The notes below the pieces were generated by a model, which worked only from the letters and a program-made list of their open reading frames with translations, was not told the origin of the DNA and ran no database searches. From Chthoniobacter flavus (lineage in GTDB: Bacteria; Verrucomicrobiota; Verrucomicrobiia; Chthoniobacterales; CAKUMP01), in contig DYRR01000001.1 in NCBI GenBank assembly GCA_020718605.1, forward strand, positions 1-54,016: 54,016 bases of DNA, in the 5' to 3' direction. Shown in pieces: positions 1 to 11,000 of the stretch. Position 1 is the first letter of the stretch, and each line of letters opens with the position of its first letter. The position numbers and the translations under genes were made by a program.

Positions 1-74
1 TCCCGGAGCGGGCTACAGGCTGCTTCGTAGCTCTGCGCGGGAGCGCAGGGATCTTCCAATGCTAACGATCGGGG
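1..74 (+). repeat. Interspersed structured repeat, copy A (5' part cut by window edge)
   Basis: nt 1-53 are identical to 30106-30158, to 38754-38806 and to the reverse complement of 32777-32829. A degenerate tail runs to the G-run at 71-74. The copy ends 16 nt before the stop codon (91-93) of the convergent minus-strand gene. Confidence 0.85.
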
Positions 75-90
75 CGTGTTCACTGTCCGG

Positions 91-1299
91 CTATTTTTCC
101 TCGTCGTCCTCATCCATCGCCAGATCGGCCACGGACAGGACGGGCAAGGGCTTCTTTTCGGAATCGGCGACATCCAAAGAAAGGGGGTGCATCTCCGCAC
201 GATCCAAGTGTGTTGGAGGGTCAGACTCCTGTCCTGACCGCGTGGAGACAAGGTCAGGCGAGGACGCTGCCCCTCCAAGGGATGCCTGATCAGGCGACGG
301 TGCCGGTCCTCCGATCTGTAGTGCATTCGCAACAACCGGAGCGGCATCCGAAGCGATCGAATCGGGCCCCTTTGTCTCTTCGTCCAGAGCCTCGGCAGGC
401 TCCGAATCTCCTGCAGGTTCAACCTCGGGTTCGGGTTCTCGGGGAACAAAACCGAAATTCAATGCCACGGCACTAAAATCCATGTCAGCCCGGCCCTGAT
501 GCAACCCCGCAAGCAAAATGGCGGCGACGGTGCTGGTGGCAGGCAGTTCCAAATTCTGCTTTTGGGCCATCTGCAATGCAAACTGGACATCCTTGAACAT
601 GTGTTTGAGCGAAAAATGCGGTTCGTAATCCCCGGCCATCATCTTGGCCAACTTCATGTCGATCACTCCCGAACGGCATCCGTTTTCGGCCACCGCCGCC
701 GCAAAATCCTCCGCCGGAACCCCGCATCCCACCGTCAGGGCGAGTGCCTCCGAGAGGACCTGTGTGGAGACGGCATTGATCATGTTGGTCGCGATCTTGA
801 CCGCCGAAGCGGCACCGACCGGGCCCAGATGCATCACCTTTCTTCCCGAGACTTCCAACTGCGGGCGGAGCTTCTCTAAGACATCCTTGTCGCCGCCCAC
901 ATAATAGACCAGCCGGGCTTCCGCCGCAGAATTCCGACTGCCGGTGAAGGGTGCGTCCAGAAACTTCGCCCCACTCGCCCAAACCATCTCGGCCGCGCGC
1001 AGCGTATGTTCCGGGGAAATGCTGGCGTGATTGAGAACGATGTGATCCCGGGTCAGTGCCGGTGCCATCGCCTCAATGCATTCAAAGAGTGCTTTTTCAT
1101 CGGACACGAACAACTGGACATACCTCGCCGCATCCGCCACCTCGGCTGGGGACCCCAGAAAATTGGGTTCGGGCCGGGGCGACCGGTTCCAGACAAACGT
1201 GCGATACCCGGCTCTGCGAAGACTCGCCGCCACCCGGCTGCCAATGATGCCCAGACCGATGACGCCCGCTTTATTTTTGGATCCAAATGCCATGGCCAT
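91..1299 (-). CDS. NAD(P)-dependent beta-hydroxyacid dehydrogenase (3-hydroxyisobutyrate / 6-phosphogluconate dehydrogenase-like) with ~117-aa acidic C-terminal extension
   Basis: 402-aa ORF. Rossmann motif GVIGLGIIGSRVA near the N-terminus; FLDAPFTGS, GPVGAASAVKIATNM and KHMFKDVQFAL are typical of the HIBADH family. The catalytic domain ends near residue 285, followed by a Pro/Glu/Asp/Ser-rich tail ending DLAMDEDDEEK. Confidence 0.85.
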   Translation of the reverse strand: MAMAFGSKNKAGVIGLGIIGSRVAASLRRAGYRTFVWNRSPRPEPNFLGSPAEVADAARYVQLFVSDEKALFECIEAMAPALTRDHIVLNHASISPEHTLRAAEMVWASGAKFLDAPFTGSRNSAAEARLVYYVGGDKDVLEKLRPQLEVSGRKVMHLGPVGAASAVKIATNMINAVSTQVLSEALALTVGCGVPAEDFAAAVAENGCRSGVIDMKLAKMMAGDYEPHFSLKHMFKDVQFALQMAQKQNLELPATSTVAAILLAGLHQGRADMDFSAVALNFGFVPREPEPEVEPAGDSEPAEALDEETKGPDSIASDAAPVVANALQIGGPAPSPDQASLGGAASSPDLVSTRSGQESDPPTHLDRAEMHPLSLDVADSEKKPLPVLSVADLAMDEDDEEK

Positions 1300-1399
1300 G
1301 GTTTATCTGCGGAAGACGCTTCACGTCCATTCAAAACACACCGGGTGCAATGGACATCCCGCCGCACAGAATCATATCTTGACATCATGATATGTAGAT

Positions 1400-4300
1400 T
1401 TGTTACTTGATCCCACCTGCATCCAGCATTACATTCCACGGGTGAACACCTCTCCATCTCTTCAAACTCCGTCCGAACAGGTGCTCCGATCCCTGTTGGC
1501 TACCCGTGTAGTTCTGCTCGACGGTGCCATGGGCACCATGATCCAGGAGCACAGACTCTCCGAGGCGGATTACCGCGGGGACCGGTTCGCCGACTATCCG
1601 CGCGATCTCAAGGGAAATAACGATCTTCTTTCGATCACGCAGCCGCACATCATCCAGGGCATTCATACCGCTTTTCTCGCAGCAGGGGCGGACATTATCG
1701 AGACCAACACCTTTAATTCCACCTCCATCTCACTTGCTGACTACGGCATGGAAGACATGGTCTATGAGTTGAATCTTGCCTCGGCCAGACTTGCGCGTGC
1801 CGCAGTCGAGGAATGCCAATCCCTCAATCCCGGTCGCCAGGCCTTTGTGGCGGGTGCCATCGGTCCCACCAACCGCACCGCCTCGCTCTCGCCCGACGTG
1901 AATGACCCCGGCTTCCGGGCCGTCACCTTCGACCAGCTTGTGAATGCCTATGAGGAACAAATCTGCGGCCTTGTGGACGGCGGCGTGGATCTCCTGCTTC
2001 CCGAAACCACCTTCGACACGCTCAACCTGAAGGCGGCCCTCTACGCCATCGATCGGTTTTTTGAAAAATCCGGCGCACCACGTCTGCCGGTGATGATCTC
2101 CGTCACGATCACCGATGCTTCGGGCCGGACGCTTTCGGGCCAGACGGTGGAGGCATTCTGGAACTCCATCGCCCATGCCCGCCCGTTGAGCGTGGGCATC
2201 AACTGTGCGCTCGGCGCCGACGAGATGCGGCCCTATATCGAAGAACTGTCGCGCATCGCGGACGTTCATCTGAGCTGTTATCCGAACGCCGGTCTGCCCA
2301 ATGCGTTTGGCGAATACGACGACACCCCGGCACACATGGCGTCGTTGCTGCGTGAGTTTGCCGCCGCAGGCTGGCTGAACATCGTGGGCGGCTGCTGCGG
2401 ATCGACCCCGGACCACATCCGCGCCATCGCGGAGGCCATGCGCGGACTGCCACCGCGCGCCGTGCCGGAAATTCCGCGCGCCCTGCGTCTGAGCGGATTG
2501 GAACCCTACACTGTCGGCGCGATCAACAATTTCACCATCATCGGCGAACGCGCCAATGTCACGGGATCCCCGAAATTTTCAAAACTGATCCTCGCCGGCG
2601 ATTATGACGCGGCCCTCGCGGTGGCGCGCCAGCAGGTGGAGGGCGGGGCGAATCTCATCGATGTGAACATGGACGAGGGCATGCTGGATTCCGAGGCGGC
2701 CATGACGCGATTCCTGCGCCTCGTGGCGGCGGAACCCGACATCGCGCGGGTCCCGGTGATGGTGGACAGCAGCAAATGGTCGGTGCTCCAGGCGGGCCTG
2801 CGCTGTCTGCAGGGCAAAGGCGTGGTCAACTCGATCAGTCTCAAGGAAGGCGAAAAGAAATTTCTGGATCAGGCCCGGGAAATCCGGCGCTTCGGCGCGG
2901 CGGTGGTCGTGATGGCCTTCGACGAACAGGGACAGGCCGACAGCTTTGCCCGGAAACTGGAGATCTGCACCCGCGCCTATCATCTGCTCGTGGACAAAGC
3001 CGGATTCCCCCCCGAGGACATCATTTTCGATCCGAACATCCTCACGGTCGCCACTGGCATCGAGGAACACACCCGCTACGCGCTGGACTTCATCGAGGCG
3101 ATCCGCGCCATCAAGACCACCCTGCCCCACGCGCGGACCAGCGGCGGCGTGAGCAACATTTCCTTTTCCTTCCGTGGCAACAATCCGGTGCGTGAGGCAA
3201 TGCATGCGGCATTTCTCTATCATGCCATTCAGGCCGGGCTCGACATGGGCATCGTGAATGCGGGCCAGCTCGATGTGTATGAGGAAATCCCGAAGGATCT
3301 GCTGGAACGCGTCGAGGACGTGCTGCTTGACCGGCGGCCCGACGCGACCGAACGGCTTGTGGAATTGGCGGACACCGTGCGCGGCGGCCAGGGCAGGGTC
3401 ACTGTAAAGGACGATGCCTGGCGGCAGGGCACCATTGAGGAACGTCTCCAGCACGCGCTGGTGAAGGGTGTCGTCGAACACATCGACGCCGACACCGAGG
3501 AAGCCCGGCTCAAATACGGAAAACCCCTCGCAGTGATCGAAGGTCCGCTCATGTCCGGCATGAATGTCGTCGGCGACCTCTTCGGTGCGGGCAAAATGTT
3601 TCTGCCCCAGGTGGTGAAAAGCGCGCGTGTGATGAAAAAAGCCGTTGCCTGGCTCACTCCCTTTCTTGAGGAGGAAAAGCGCAACAACCCCAACGCGCGC
3701 GCTCAGGGCAAAGTCCTGATGGCAACCGTGAAGGGCGATGTCCACGACATCGGAAAAAACATCGTGGGAGTGGTGCTCGCCTGCAACAACTACGAAGTCA
3801 TTGACCTCGGTGTGATGGTTTCCGCCGAGCGGATTCTTGCGGAAGCCAGGGCGCAAAATGCGGACATCATCGGCCTGAGCGGGCTCATCACCCCATCGCT
3901 GGATGAAATGGTGCATGTGGCCTCCGAGATGGCGCGCCTGGGGTTCACGGTTCCGCTGCTCATCGGCGGCGCCACCACCAGCAAAGCCCACACCGCCGTA
4001 AAAATCGCCCCGGTCTATCCGCATGAAGTGGTTCATGTCCTTGATGCGTCCCGCTCGGTGCCCGTCGCCGGTGCCCTGCTCAATCCCGACACCCGGTCCG
4101 GGCTCGACAAAGCCAACCGGGCGGAACAGGAAATCCAGCGCGAAGAACATGCAAAGAAAACTCTGGCGCGCAAGCTGATGCCCATCGCCACGGCGCGCGA
4201 ACGCGGATGGAAATTCGAGTGGGCTTCGCAGGAAATCGCCGTGCCCTCCTTTCTCGGATTGCGCCCGGTCTCGGAGGATGCCGGAGACGACGAACTGCGT

Positions 4301-5191
4301 GTCTCCCTCGCGGAACTGCGTTCCTTCATCGACTGGTCGCCGTTCTTTCACACCTGGGAGATGCGCGGGCGATGGCATGCCGGCGAAAGGCGCTTTGCCA
4401 GCGCGGACACCGAACGTCCCGCAGAGGCCGAAGCGGAAGCCGCCAAGTTGTATGCGGACGGCGCGGTGCTCCTCGACCGCATCGTTGCCGGAAATCTTTT
4501 TCATCCACGCGGAGTGTTTGGATTTTTCCCGGCCAACTCCGTGGGTGACGACATCGAACTCTACACCGACGAGACCCGCACCCATCTCCGGGCGCTTTTC
4601 CACACGCTGCGGCAGCAGGCGGAAAAGAAGGACACCCCGAACTACGCGCTCGCCGATCTCATCGCCCCGAAATCCTCGGGACGTGCGGACTATCTCGGCG
4701 GATTTGTGGCGGGCATCCATGGAGCGGATGAACTGGCGGAAACCTATAAGACCGCCCATGACGACTACTCCGCGATTCTGGTGAAGGCGCTGGCCGACCG
4801 TCTGGCCGAAGCCTTTGCCGAGTGGATGCATCAACAGGCCCGCGTGCTGTGGGGTTACGAACAGGCCGGGCAATGGGCCGGCGAGGATCTCATTCGGGAG
4901 CGTTACCGCGGAATCCGCCCGGCGGGTGGCTATCCCAGCCAGCCCGATCACACCGAGAAGCGCACCCTTTTCGACCTGCTCCAGGCATCGGCGCACACCG
5001 GAGTCACGCTCACGGAAAGTATGGCCATGCATCCCGGCTCGGCCGTTTCGGGGCTTTACTTCGCACACCCCGACTCCCGGTATTTTGCCATCAGCACCAT
5101 TGGCCGCGACCAGATCGAGGATTACGCCCGCCGCAAAGGCATGAGCATCGAGGAAACCGAACGCTGGCTGCGCCCCTGGCTGGCGTATTGA
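1400..5191 (+). CDS. metH: Cobalamin-dependent methionine synthase (5-methyltetrahydrofolate-homocysteine methyltransferase)
   Basis: 1263-aa ORF, colinear with E. coli MetH as I recall it. Motifs: [44 protein letters not shown]12-binding [15 protein letters not shown], and AdoMet domain [15 protein letters not shown]. No ATG is available at the 5' end, so the start is either TTG 1400 or GTG 1441. Confidence 0.96.
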   Translation: MLLDPTCIQHYIPRVNTSPSLQTPSEQVLRSLLATRVVLLDGAMGTMIQEHRLSEADYRGDRFADYPRDLKGNNDLLSITQPHIIQGIHTAFLAAGADIIETNTFNSTSISLADYGMEDMVYELNLASARLARAAVEECQSLNPGRQAFVAGAIGPTNRTASLSPDVNDPGFRAVTFDQLVNAYEEQICGLVDGGVDLLLPETTFDTLNLKAALYAIDRFFEKSGAPRLPVMISVTITDASGRTLSGQTVEAFWNSIAHARPLSVGINCALGADEMRPYIEELSRIADVHLSCYPNAGLPNAFGEYDDTPAHMASLLREFAAAGWLNIVGGCCGSTPDHIRAIAEAMRGLPPRAVPEIPRALRLSGLEPYTVGAINNFTIIGERANVTGSPKFSKLILAGDYDAALAVARQQVEGGANLIDVNMDEGMLDSEAAMTRFLRLVAAEPDIARVPVMVDSSKWSVLQAGLRCLQGKGVVNSISLKEGEKKFLDQAREIRRFGAAVVVMAFDEQGQADSFARKLEICTRAYHLLVDKAGFPPEDIIFDPNILTVATGIEEHTRYALDFIEAIRAIKTTLPHARTSGGVSNISFSFRGNNPVREAMHAAFLYHAIQAGLDMGIVNAGQLDVYEEIPKDLLERVEDVLLDRRPDATERLVELADTVRGGQGRVTVKDDAWRQGTIEERLQHALVKGVVEHIDADTEEARLKYGKPLAVIEGPLMSGMNVVGDLFGAGKMFLPQVVKSARVMKKAVAWLTPFLEEEKRNNPNARAQGKVLMATVKGDVHDIGKNIVGVVLACNNYEVIDLGVMVSAERILAEARAQNADIIGLSGLITPSLDEMVHVASEMARLGFTVPLLIGGATTSKAHTAVKIAPVYPHEVVHVLDASRSVPVAGALLNPDTRSGLDKANRAEQEIQREEHAKKTLARKLMPIATARERGWKFEWASQEIAVPSFLGLRPVSEDAGDDELRVSLAELRSFIDWSPFFHTWEMRGRWHAGERRFASADTERPAEAEAEAAKLYADGAVLLDRIVAGNLFHPRGVFGFFPANSVGDDIELYTDETRTHLRALFHTLRQQAEKKDTPNYALADLIAPKSSGRADYLGGFVAGIHGADELAETYKTAHDDYSAILVKALADRLAEAFAEWMHQQARVLWGYEQAGQWAGEDLIRERYRGIRPAGGYPSQPDHTEKRTLFDLLQASAHTGVTLTESMAMHPGSAVSGLYFAHPDSRYFAISTIGRDQIEDYARRKGMSIEETERWLRPWLAY

Positions 5192-5195
5192 CAGG

Positions 5196-7082
5196 TCACA
5201 ATCGGACCTGCTCGCCGAGCTCGACCACGCGGTTGGGCGGGAGTTGGAAGAAACGGGCGGGATCCAGGGAGTTGCGGAACATGAGTTCAAAAAGCCGCGC
5301 CCGCCAACGCGTCCAGATCCGGCCCTCCGTGGGAATCACAAGCGAAATCCGTCCCAGAAAATACGTGGTTTTCATCGGTTTGAACGAAACTTTTTCATTG
5401 GCAACCAGTGTCAGCGCATGGGGGATATCCGGAGTTTGGCGATAACCGTAGCGGAGCCGGACCCGGAAGAATCCTCCGCCCAGATCATCCAACTCCGCGC
5501 GACGCCGGGGAGGGACCAGGGGGGCGGAATCCACCAACACCGTCACAAACACGTTGGTTTTGTGGAGAATCTGGTTGTGTTTGAAGTTGTGCAGCAAAGG
5601 CCGGGGCACCATCTCGGGGCTGCTGGTGAGATACACCGCCGTGCCCGCCGCTCTCGGCACGGTGGCCTTGGCCGCGTCGAGCGCGAAATCCACACAGGGA
5701 ATCATCCCATCGGAAAGACGGTCGCGCAGGCGCAGGCGCCCCCAGCGCCAGATGTCGGCCAGCAGGAAAATCACCGATCCAATGCCGATGGTGAGCCAGC
5801 CGCCCGCCGGGATTTTTAGAAGGTTCGACAGAAAAAAGAGCGGGAACGGGATGAAAAACAAGGGTGCCAACAGGAGGCGCTTTTTCCGCGACCATTTCCA
5901 CAGATGCTTTGCCACAAGCATGAGCAGAATCGCGGTGGCCAGCATGGTCATGGACACCGACAAACCATAGGCGGCCGCGAGGGCGCCCGAGGTTTTCCAT
6001 TCCAGAATCAGGACGATGCAGCCCGCACAGAGCGCAAAATTTGCCATGGGCACATAGATCTGGCCGCGGGTTTCATCCGAGGTGGAATGAACGACCATGC
6101 GGGGACAGAGCCCCATTTGAATGGCCTGGCTGACGAGTGAAAACATGCCGGTGATCACCGCCTGGGAAGCGATAATGGTGGCGAAGGTGGCCAGCGCCAC
6201 CATCGGAATCACAGCCCAATCCGGAACCATGTCAAAAAAGAGATTCTTGCCAACATTCCCCGTCTGGATGAGCCGCGCACCCTGGCCGAAGTAATTTGCC
6301 AGCAGACAGGGCATGACCACAGTGAACCATCCCCAGCGGATGCTGCGCCGGTTGAAATGCCCCATGTCGGCGTAGAGCGCCTCGGCGCCGGTGACCACGA
6401 GAAACAGCGTGCCGAGCACCGCAAACGTCCCCACGGGATGCGCCAAGGAAAAGTGGAGCGCGTGCATCGGGCTGAGCGCCCACAGCACCGAGGGTGCGCG
6501 CACAATCCAGGACACCCCCACCACGCCGAGTGTCGCGAACCAGACCAGCATGACCGGGCCGAACCAGCGCGCGATCTTTCCCGTGCCATGACTTTGAAAA
6601 ATGAACAACCCCAACACAATCCCCAGCGAGATCGGGATCACCCACGGAGCCAGCGCCCGGTGCTGCAATTCGATGCCCTCCACCGCGCTCAATATGGAAA
6701 TGGCCGGCGTGATGATCGCATCCGCGCACAACATGGCCGCCCCGGCAACGCCGACCAACAGAATGCCGCCCTTGCCCCGGGGCGCATCCGTCTTCCCGAG
6801 CAATGCGACCAGGGATAGAATCCCGCCCTCGCCGTTGTTGTCGGCGCGCATCACAATAAGCAGGTAGTTCACGGAGACCACCACGATGAGCGACCAGGTG
6901 ATCAGCGAGAGCAGGCCGATCACGCTCGCGTAGCCCACCGGCAACCCGTGTTCCGAGGCGAAACATTCCCGCAATGCGTAGAGCGGGCTGGTGCCGATGT
7001 CGCCATAGACGATACCAAGCACACCGATCAGAAAAAGCTTCTGACGATGACCGGCCCCTCCGCTGCTTTTGGAATGGCTCAT
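5196..7082 (-). CDS. kup: KUP/HAK/KT family potassium uptake transporter
   Basis: 628-aa ORF. N-terminal signature GVLGIVYGDIGTSPLYALRE, about 12 hydrophobic segments, and a cytoplasmic C-terminal domain (VYLTSSPEMVPRPLLHNFKHNQILH). Confidence 0.93.
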   Translation of the reverse strand: MSHSKSSGGAGHRQKLFLIGVLGIVYGDIGTSPLYALRECFASEHGLPVGYASVIGLLSLITWSLIVVVSVNYLLIVMRADNNGEGGILSLVALLGKTDAPRGKGGILLVGVAGAAMLCADAIITPAISILSAVEGIELQHRALAPWVIPISLGIVLGLFIFQSHGTGKIARWFGPVMLVWFATLGVVGVSWIVRAPSVLWALSPMHALHFSLAHPVGTFAVLGTLFLVVTGAEALYADMGHFNRRSIRWGWFTVVMPCLLANYFGQGARLIQTGNVGKNLFFDMVPDWAVIPMVALATFATIIASQAVITGMFSLVSQAIQMGLCPRMVVHSTSDETRGQIYVPMANFALCAGCIVLILEWKTSGALAAAYGLSVSMTMLATAILLMLVAKHLWKWSRKKRLLLAPLFFIPFPLFFLSNLLKIPAGGWLTIGIGSVIFLLADIWRWGRLRLRDRLSDGMIPCVDFALDAAKATVPRAAGTAVYLTSSPEMVPRPLLHNFKHNQILHKTNVFVTVLVDSAPLVPPRRRAELDDLGGGFFRVRLRYGYRQTPDIPHALTLVANEKVSFKPMKTTYFLGRISLVIPTEGRIWTRWRARLFELMFRNSLDPARFFQLPPNRVVELGEQVRL

Positions 7083-7888
7083 GCTTCGGGAAACATCCCC
7101 GCCCGCGAGGGAAAAACCGCAAGCATATCCGCCACGGCAGACGCCACATCCGCCGACCGCATGAGGGCTTCACCCACCAGGATCGCATTGGCGCCGGCTT
7201 CGAAAACGCGCTGGGTGTCCTCCCGGGTTTTGATGCCGCTCTCGCTCACGAGCAACACGCCGTCGGGCACCTCCTCGGCAAGCTGTTCCGTGACCGCAAG
7301 GTTCACCGTGAAAGATTTCAGGTCACGATTGTTGATCCCGATGAATCCGGCGTCCGCATCCAGCGCGCGGTCCAGTTCCCGCAGATCGTGGACCTCCACC
7401 AATGCGTCCAACTCCAAATCCGCCGCCGCATCCAGACAGCGCCGGAGCATGTCGTCATCCAACGCCGCCGCGATCAGCAACACCGCATCCGCCCCGGACG
7501 CACCGGCCTCGTAGATTTGAACCGGGTCGATGGTGAAATCCTTGCGAAGGAGCGGCAGCCACACCTCCCCGCGAATCGCGCCCAGATAATCAAGATGCCC
7601 CTGAAAAAAGTTCTGATCGGTAAGCACCGAGATCGCGTGGGCGCCGGCTTTCTCGTAGGCCCTGGCCACGGCGACCGGATCGAAATCCGGCGCGATAACC
7701 CCGGCGGATGGTGAGGCCTTTTTCACTTCCGCAATGAGGCCAAGGGCGCCCGGACCCCGGTCGAGCGCGGCCTGGAATCTGCGGAAATCGGTGCGGGCCG
7801 CAGCCGTCCTGCGCAGTTCCCGGGCACGGGGAAGCAGCGCCTCCACTTCGGCTTCTTTGGACTTCAATATTTCCGCCAACCGGCTCAT
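7079..7888 (-). CDS. trpC: Indole-3-glycerol phosphate synthase
   Basis: 269-aa ORF with IAEVKKASPSAGVI, GINNRDLKSFTV and SESGI motifs. Its stop overlaps the kup start by 4 nt (7079-7082). Confidence 0.93.
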   Translation of the reverse strand: MSRLAEILKSKEAEVEALLPRARELRRTAAARTDFRRFQAALDRGPGALGLIAEVKKASPSAGVIAPDFDPVAVARAYEKAGAHAISVLTDQNFFQGHLDYLGAIRGEVWLPLLRKDFTIDPVQIYEAGASGADAVLLIAAALDDDMLRRCLDAAADLELDALVEVHDLRELDRALDADAGFIGINNRDLKSFTVNLAVTEQLAEEVPDGVLLVSESGIKTREDTQRVFEAGANAILVGEALMRSADVASAVADMLAVFPSRAGMFPEA

Positions 7889-7936
7889 GGCCGCAAGTGG
7901 TAGCGGGATTGGCCGGACCCGTCAACTGCGGGCAAC

Positions 7937-8995
7937 TCAGCCTTTGATCCCCAGCAACCCGATCTGCCAGGGCAGGAGAAGCTCTGCGGCGCGATCGGGG
8001 TTGCCGGCGATGGATTCCATGGCGGCTTTGGAGGCGATGACCGACGGATCAAGCTTGAGATCCTTCGCGTTGCGATCCCGTGCATTTCTGAGCTTTTGGA
8101 GACGGGAATCGAACTCGGGATTCGGTTTGGGACGGGGCGTTTTGGGTGGCGGCTGCGGCCATTCACTCTCGGGAACCTCCAGCCCGAGCCGGATGGCCTC
8201 CTGAAACCCCTCGCGACGGCGTCCGCGCAGGTGCCGCAGTTCGAAATGTCGGCCCTGCTCACATTCCGATGCGGCATTCAAGAGATCCTCATTGCGCAAC
8301 ACCTTGAAAGCCGGACGATCCAGCGACTGCGCCTCCGCGTCTCTCCATCGCCACAACTCGCGCAAGATCGCATTTGCCCGGGGGTTCAAAGCAAAACTTC
8401 CCTTGATGCGCCACAGATTTTCGATGTCCCGATCCTTATCCACCATGGCTCCGTTGAGTGTCCGGGCGCAGGATTGCTCGAACCAATCGATCCGGCCCAG
8501 GCGGAACAGCTCTGCGGAAAGCTTCCCGGCCAGCGGCAGCAAATACCGGGTGTCGTTCCTGGCATACTCCATCATTTTGGCGGTGAGCGGGCGCATGCTC
8601 CAGTCGGCTTTCTGCGAGCCTTTCACCATCTCGACTTCGAAAAACTGTTTCACCAGCGCGGCAAGACTGAACTCGTGAATGCCCACGAGCCGGGCGGCGA
8701 TCATCGTGTCGAACACCCGCTTCGGGCGGAACGGCCCCGCCCGCCGCAGCATGCGCACATCAAAATCCGCCCCGTGGAAAACCAGTGTTTTTTTCTCCAA
8801 CAGCCCCAGGAGCGGTGCCAGATCGGCCCCGGCCAGCGGGTCCACCAGTTCGTCCCGGTCCGGGATGCCGATCTGGATAAGACACAGTTTCTCAAAATAA
8901 CTGTGCAGACTGTCGGCCTCGGTGTCCACCGCAATGGGATCGTGCGGAGCGAGGTCGTGTAGAAGGGCGGCGATTTGATCCGGAGTGTCGAGCAT
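7937..8995 (-). CDS. rnd: Ribonuclease D (DEDD 3'-5' exonuclease + HRDC)
   Basis: Exo motifs IAVDTEADSLHSYFEKLCLIQIG and HGADFDVRML, with an HRDC-like C-terminus. The ORF opens at 9070, but the ATG at 8995 (MLDTPDQ...) avoids overlap with the rho 3' end, so I prefer it. Confidence 0.85.
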   Translation of the reverse strand: MLDTPDQIAALLHDLAPHDPIAVDTEADSLHSYFEKLCLIQIGIPDRDELVDPLAGADLAPLLGLLEKKTLVFHGADFDVRMLRRAGPFRPKRVFDTMIAARLVGIHEFSLAALVKQFFEVEMVKGSQKADWSMRPLTAKMMEYARNDTRYLLPLAGKLSAELFRLGRIDWFEQSCARTLNGAMVDKDRDIENLWRIKGSFALNPRANAILRELWRWRDAEAQSLDRPAFKVLRNEDLLNAASECEQGRHFELRHLRGRRREGFQEAIRLGLEVPESEWPQPPPKTPRPKPNPEFDSRLQKLRNARDRNAKDLKLDPSVIASKAAMESIAGNPDRAAELLLPWQIGLLGIKG

Positions 8996-9017
8996 GGCTG
9001 GGGGTGGCGGATTGGAT

Positions 9018-10352
9018 TCAGAGCGAACGCAATCCGGTGAGTAGAAGTTCCGCGTTGGTCTTGGTAACACGGAGGCTCTTGGCCAGGATCTGCATGGCCT
9101 CGATCGGCGGCAGTGCGACCAATTGCTTTCGGATCACCTGCAGGCGCTGCCATTCCTGCGGATGGTAGAGGAGTTCATCGCGGCGCGTGCCGGAGTTGAG
9201 GATGTGGATCGCCGGAAAAATCCGGTGCTCGGCGATGGTCCGGTCGAGGTGCAGCTCCATGTTGCCGGTGCCCTTGAACTCCTCAAAAATCACCTGATCC
9301 ATGCGGCTCTCGGTCTCGGTGAGACAGGAAGCCAGGATCGTGAGGCTGCCTCCCTCCTCCACATTGCGGGCGGCTCCGAAGAATTTTTTGGGTTTCACCA
9401 GCGCCTTGGTGTCCACGCCGCCGGACATGATCCGCCCGCCGCGTCCGGGCTGGACGTTGTTGTAGCCGCGCGAGAGACGGGTGAGACTGTCGATGAGAAT
9501 CACCACGTCCTGCCCGAACTCGACCAGACGCTTGGCCCGCTCGCTCACGAGTTCGGAAATCTGCACGTGACGCATCACATTCTCATCGAAAGTGGAACTG
9601 AAGATCTCCGCATCGACGCCCTGTTTGAGGTCGGTGACCTCCTCGGGACGCTCATCGACCAACAGCATGATCACCCGGATTTTGGGCGACCCGGCGCGCA
9701 TGGCCCGCGCGATTTCCTTGAGCAGAATGGTTTTGCCCACCCGGGGAGGGGCAATGATGAGCCCGCGCTGACCGCAGCCCAGCGGGGCGACCAAGTCCAT
9801 GGCCCGCGCGGAGATGGAGTTGTATTTGGCGCTCTCCAAAGCAATGCGGCGGTCGGGAAACAACGCCGTCAGTTGTTCAAACACCGGCGGTTCGGTAAAG
9901 TCCGCGATGGGACGCCCCTCCACGGCCACCACGGTGTCGAGACCGATATATTTATCCTTGCCCGGACGTGCGGGACGCAGGGTGCCGGACACCTGCATGC
10001 CCGGCCGGAGGAAGTGTGTTTGAATGAGCGAGGAAGAGACGTAGATGTCCTCCGGGCAGGGCGCGAAATTATACTGGGGCCAGCGGAGCAGCCCGTGGTA
10101 GGGCGCGGTCATTTCGAGAATGCCCGTCACATAGACCGGGATGCGATGGCCCAGATAGTACTGGGTGAGGTCGAGAATCAACTGATGCCGGGACCGGTCG
10201 GGGGAGCTGCGCAGGTTGCGGTTGCGGGCAATCTCAATCAATTCCGCATGGCTGAGCGCATGCAGATCGTCGAGATTCACCCGTTCGGGCAGCGCCTCAT
10301 GCACCGAGGCGGGGGCGGATTCGGGAATCTCCTGGGATGGATCGTCTGACAT
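9018..10352 (-). CDS. rho: Transcription termination factor Rho
   Basis: 444-aa ORF. N-terminal [15 protein letters not shown], Walker [37 protein letters not shown], and C-terminal [16 protein letters not shown]. Confidence 0.96.
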   Translation of the reverse strand: MSDDPSQEIPESAPASVHEALPERVNLDDLHALSHAELIEIARNRNLRSSPDRSRHQLILDLTQYYLGHRIPVYVTGILEMTAPYHGLLRWPQYNFAPCPEDIYVSSSLIQTHFLRPGMQVSGTLRPARPGKDKYIGLDTVVAVEGRPIADFTEPPVFEQLTALFPDRRIALESAKYNSISARAMDLVAPLGCGQRGLIIAPPRVGKTILLKEIARAMRAGSPKIRVIMLLVDERPEEVTDLKQGVDAEIFSSTFDENVMRHVQISELVSERAKRLVEFGQDVVILIDSLTRLSRGYNNVQPGRGGRIMSGGVDTKALVKPKKFFGAARNVEEGGSLTILASCLTETESRMDQVIFEEFKGTGNMELHLDRTIAEHRIFPAIHILNSGTRRDELLYHPQEWQRLQVIRKQLVALPPIEAMQILAKSLRVTKTNAELLLTGLRSL

Positions 10353-10355
10353 GCG

Positions 10356-10961
10356 TTAATTTTGGATGGGTTCGGCGAGTGTGCGCGCGAGAAGTGCGGC
10401 CTGAGCTTCGAGCGATTCGAGAGAACCGTCGTTCCAGATCACATGATCGGCTTTTTGTGTTTTTTCTGTCAATGACATTTGGATCGAACAAAGTTTCTCC
10501 GCCTCCCCGACGGAAAGCCCGCGCAGAGAGGTGAGCCGCTGCATCTGAGACCGGCGGTCGGCGGCCACCACCACGACCCGGTCCATCTCCCGTTCCGCGC
10601 CTGTTTCGAACAGGAGTGGAATTTCAACGAGGAACAGACGGGTGCCGGTGCGGTAGGGCATGGATTGCTCCAGCCAACTGCGCCGGATTCGCGGGTGCAA
10701 TATGTTTTCAAGCGTTCTTCTTGCGTCGGCATCCGTGAGGATCAGCCGGCGCAGCAGGGCGCGGTCCGGCGATCCGTCCGCGGCAAATATGTGAGATCCG
10801 AAAGCCGCGCCGATTTCTCCGCGCACGCCGGGCTCCATATCCGTCAACCGCCTTGCGCAGGCATCGGCGTCAAATCGATTCGAGCCGGTGATGCCGGCAA
10901 AAATGCGTGTAAAAGTGGACTTTCCGGTGCCAACCCCACCAGTGATGCCAAGGACAGGCAT
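10356..10961 (-). CDS. coaE: Dephospho-CoA kinase
   Basis: 201-aa ORF. P-loop LGITGGVGTGKST at the N-terminus and VEIPLLFETG motif. Confidence 0.9.
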   Translation of the reverse strand: MPVLGITGGVGTGKSTFTRIFAGITGSNRFDADACARRLTDMEPGVRGEIGAAFGSHIFAADGSPDRALLRRLILTDADARRTLENILHPRIRRSWLEQSMPYRTGTRLFLVEIPLLFETGAEREMDRVVVVAADRRSQMQRLTSLRGLSVGEAEKLCSIQMSLTEKTQKADHVIWNDGSLESLEAQAALLARTLAEPIQN

Positions 10962-11000
10962 GGGCCCGCAGGGTTAAGTTTGTTCGGATTCGGAGCCGGC

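Noticed and set aside
2579-5290. 903-aa ORF antisense to metH. Similar long antisense ORFs occur opposite rho (9123-10349), the secretin (12441-13622), dnaK (26467-27945), groEL (27864-29999), A2M-1 (39923-42259) and A2M-2 (50687-52159).
   Set aside because: These are typical high-GC antisense frames: Arg/Gly/His/Pro-rich with no recognisable motifs. Each lies opposite a gene with unambiguous homology.
9018-9070. Apparent 53-nt overlap between the rho 3' end and the rnd 5' end.
   Set aside because: This is an artefact of taking the longest ORF for rnd. The in-frame ATG at 8995 removes the overlap and still precedes the first exonuclease motif.
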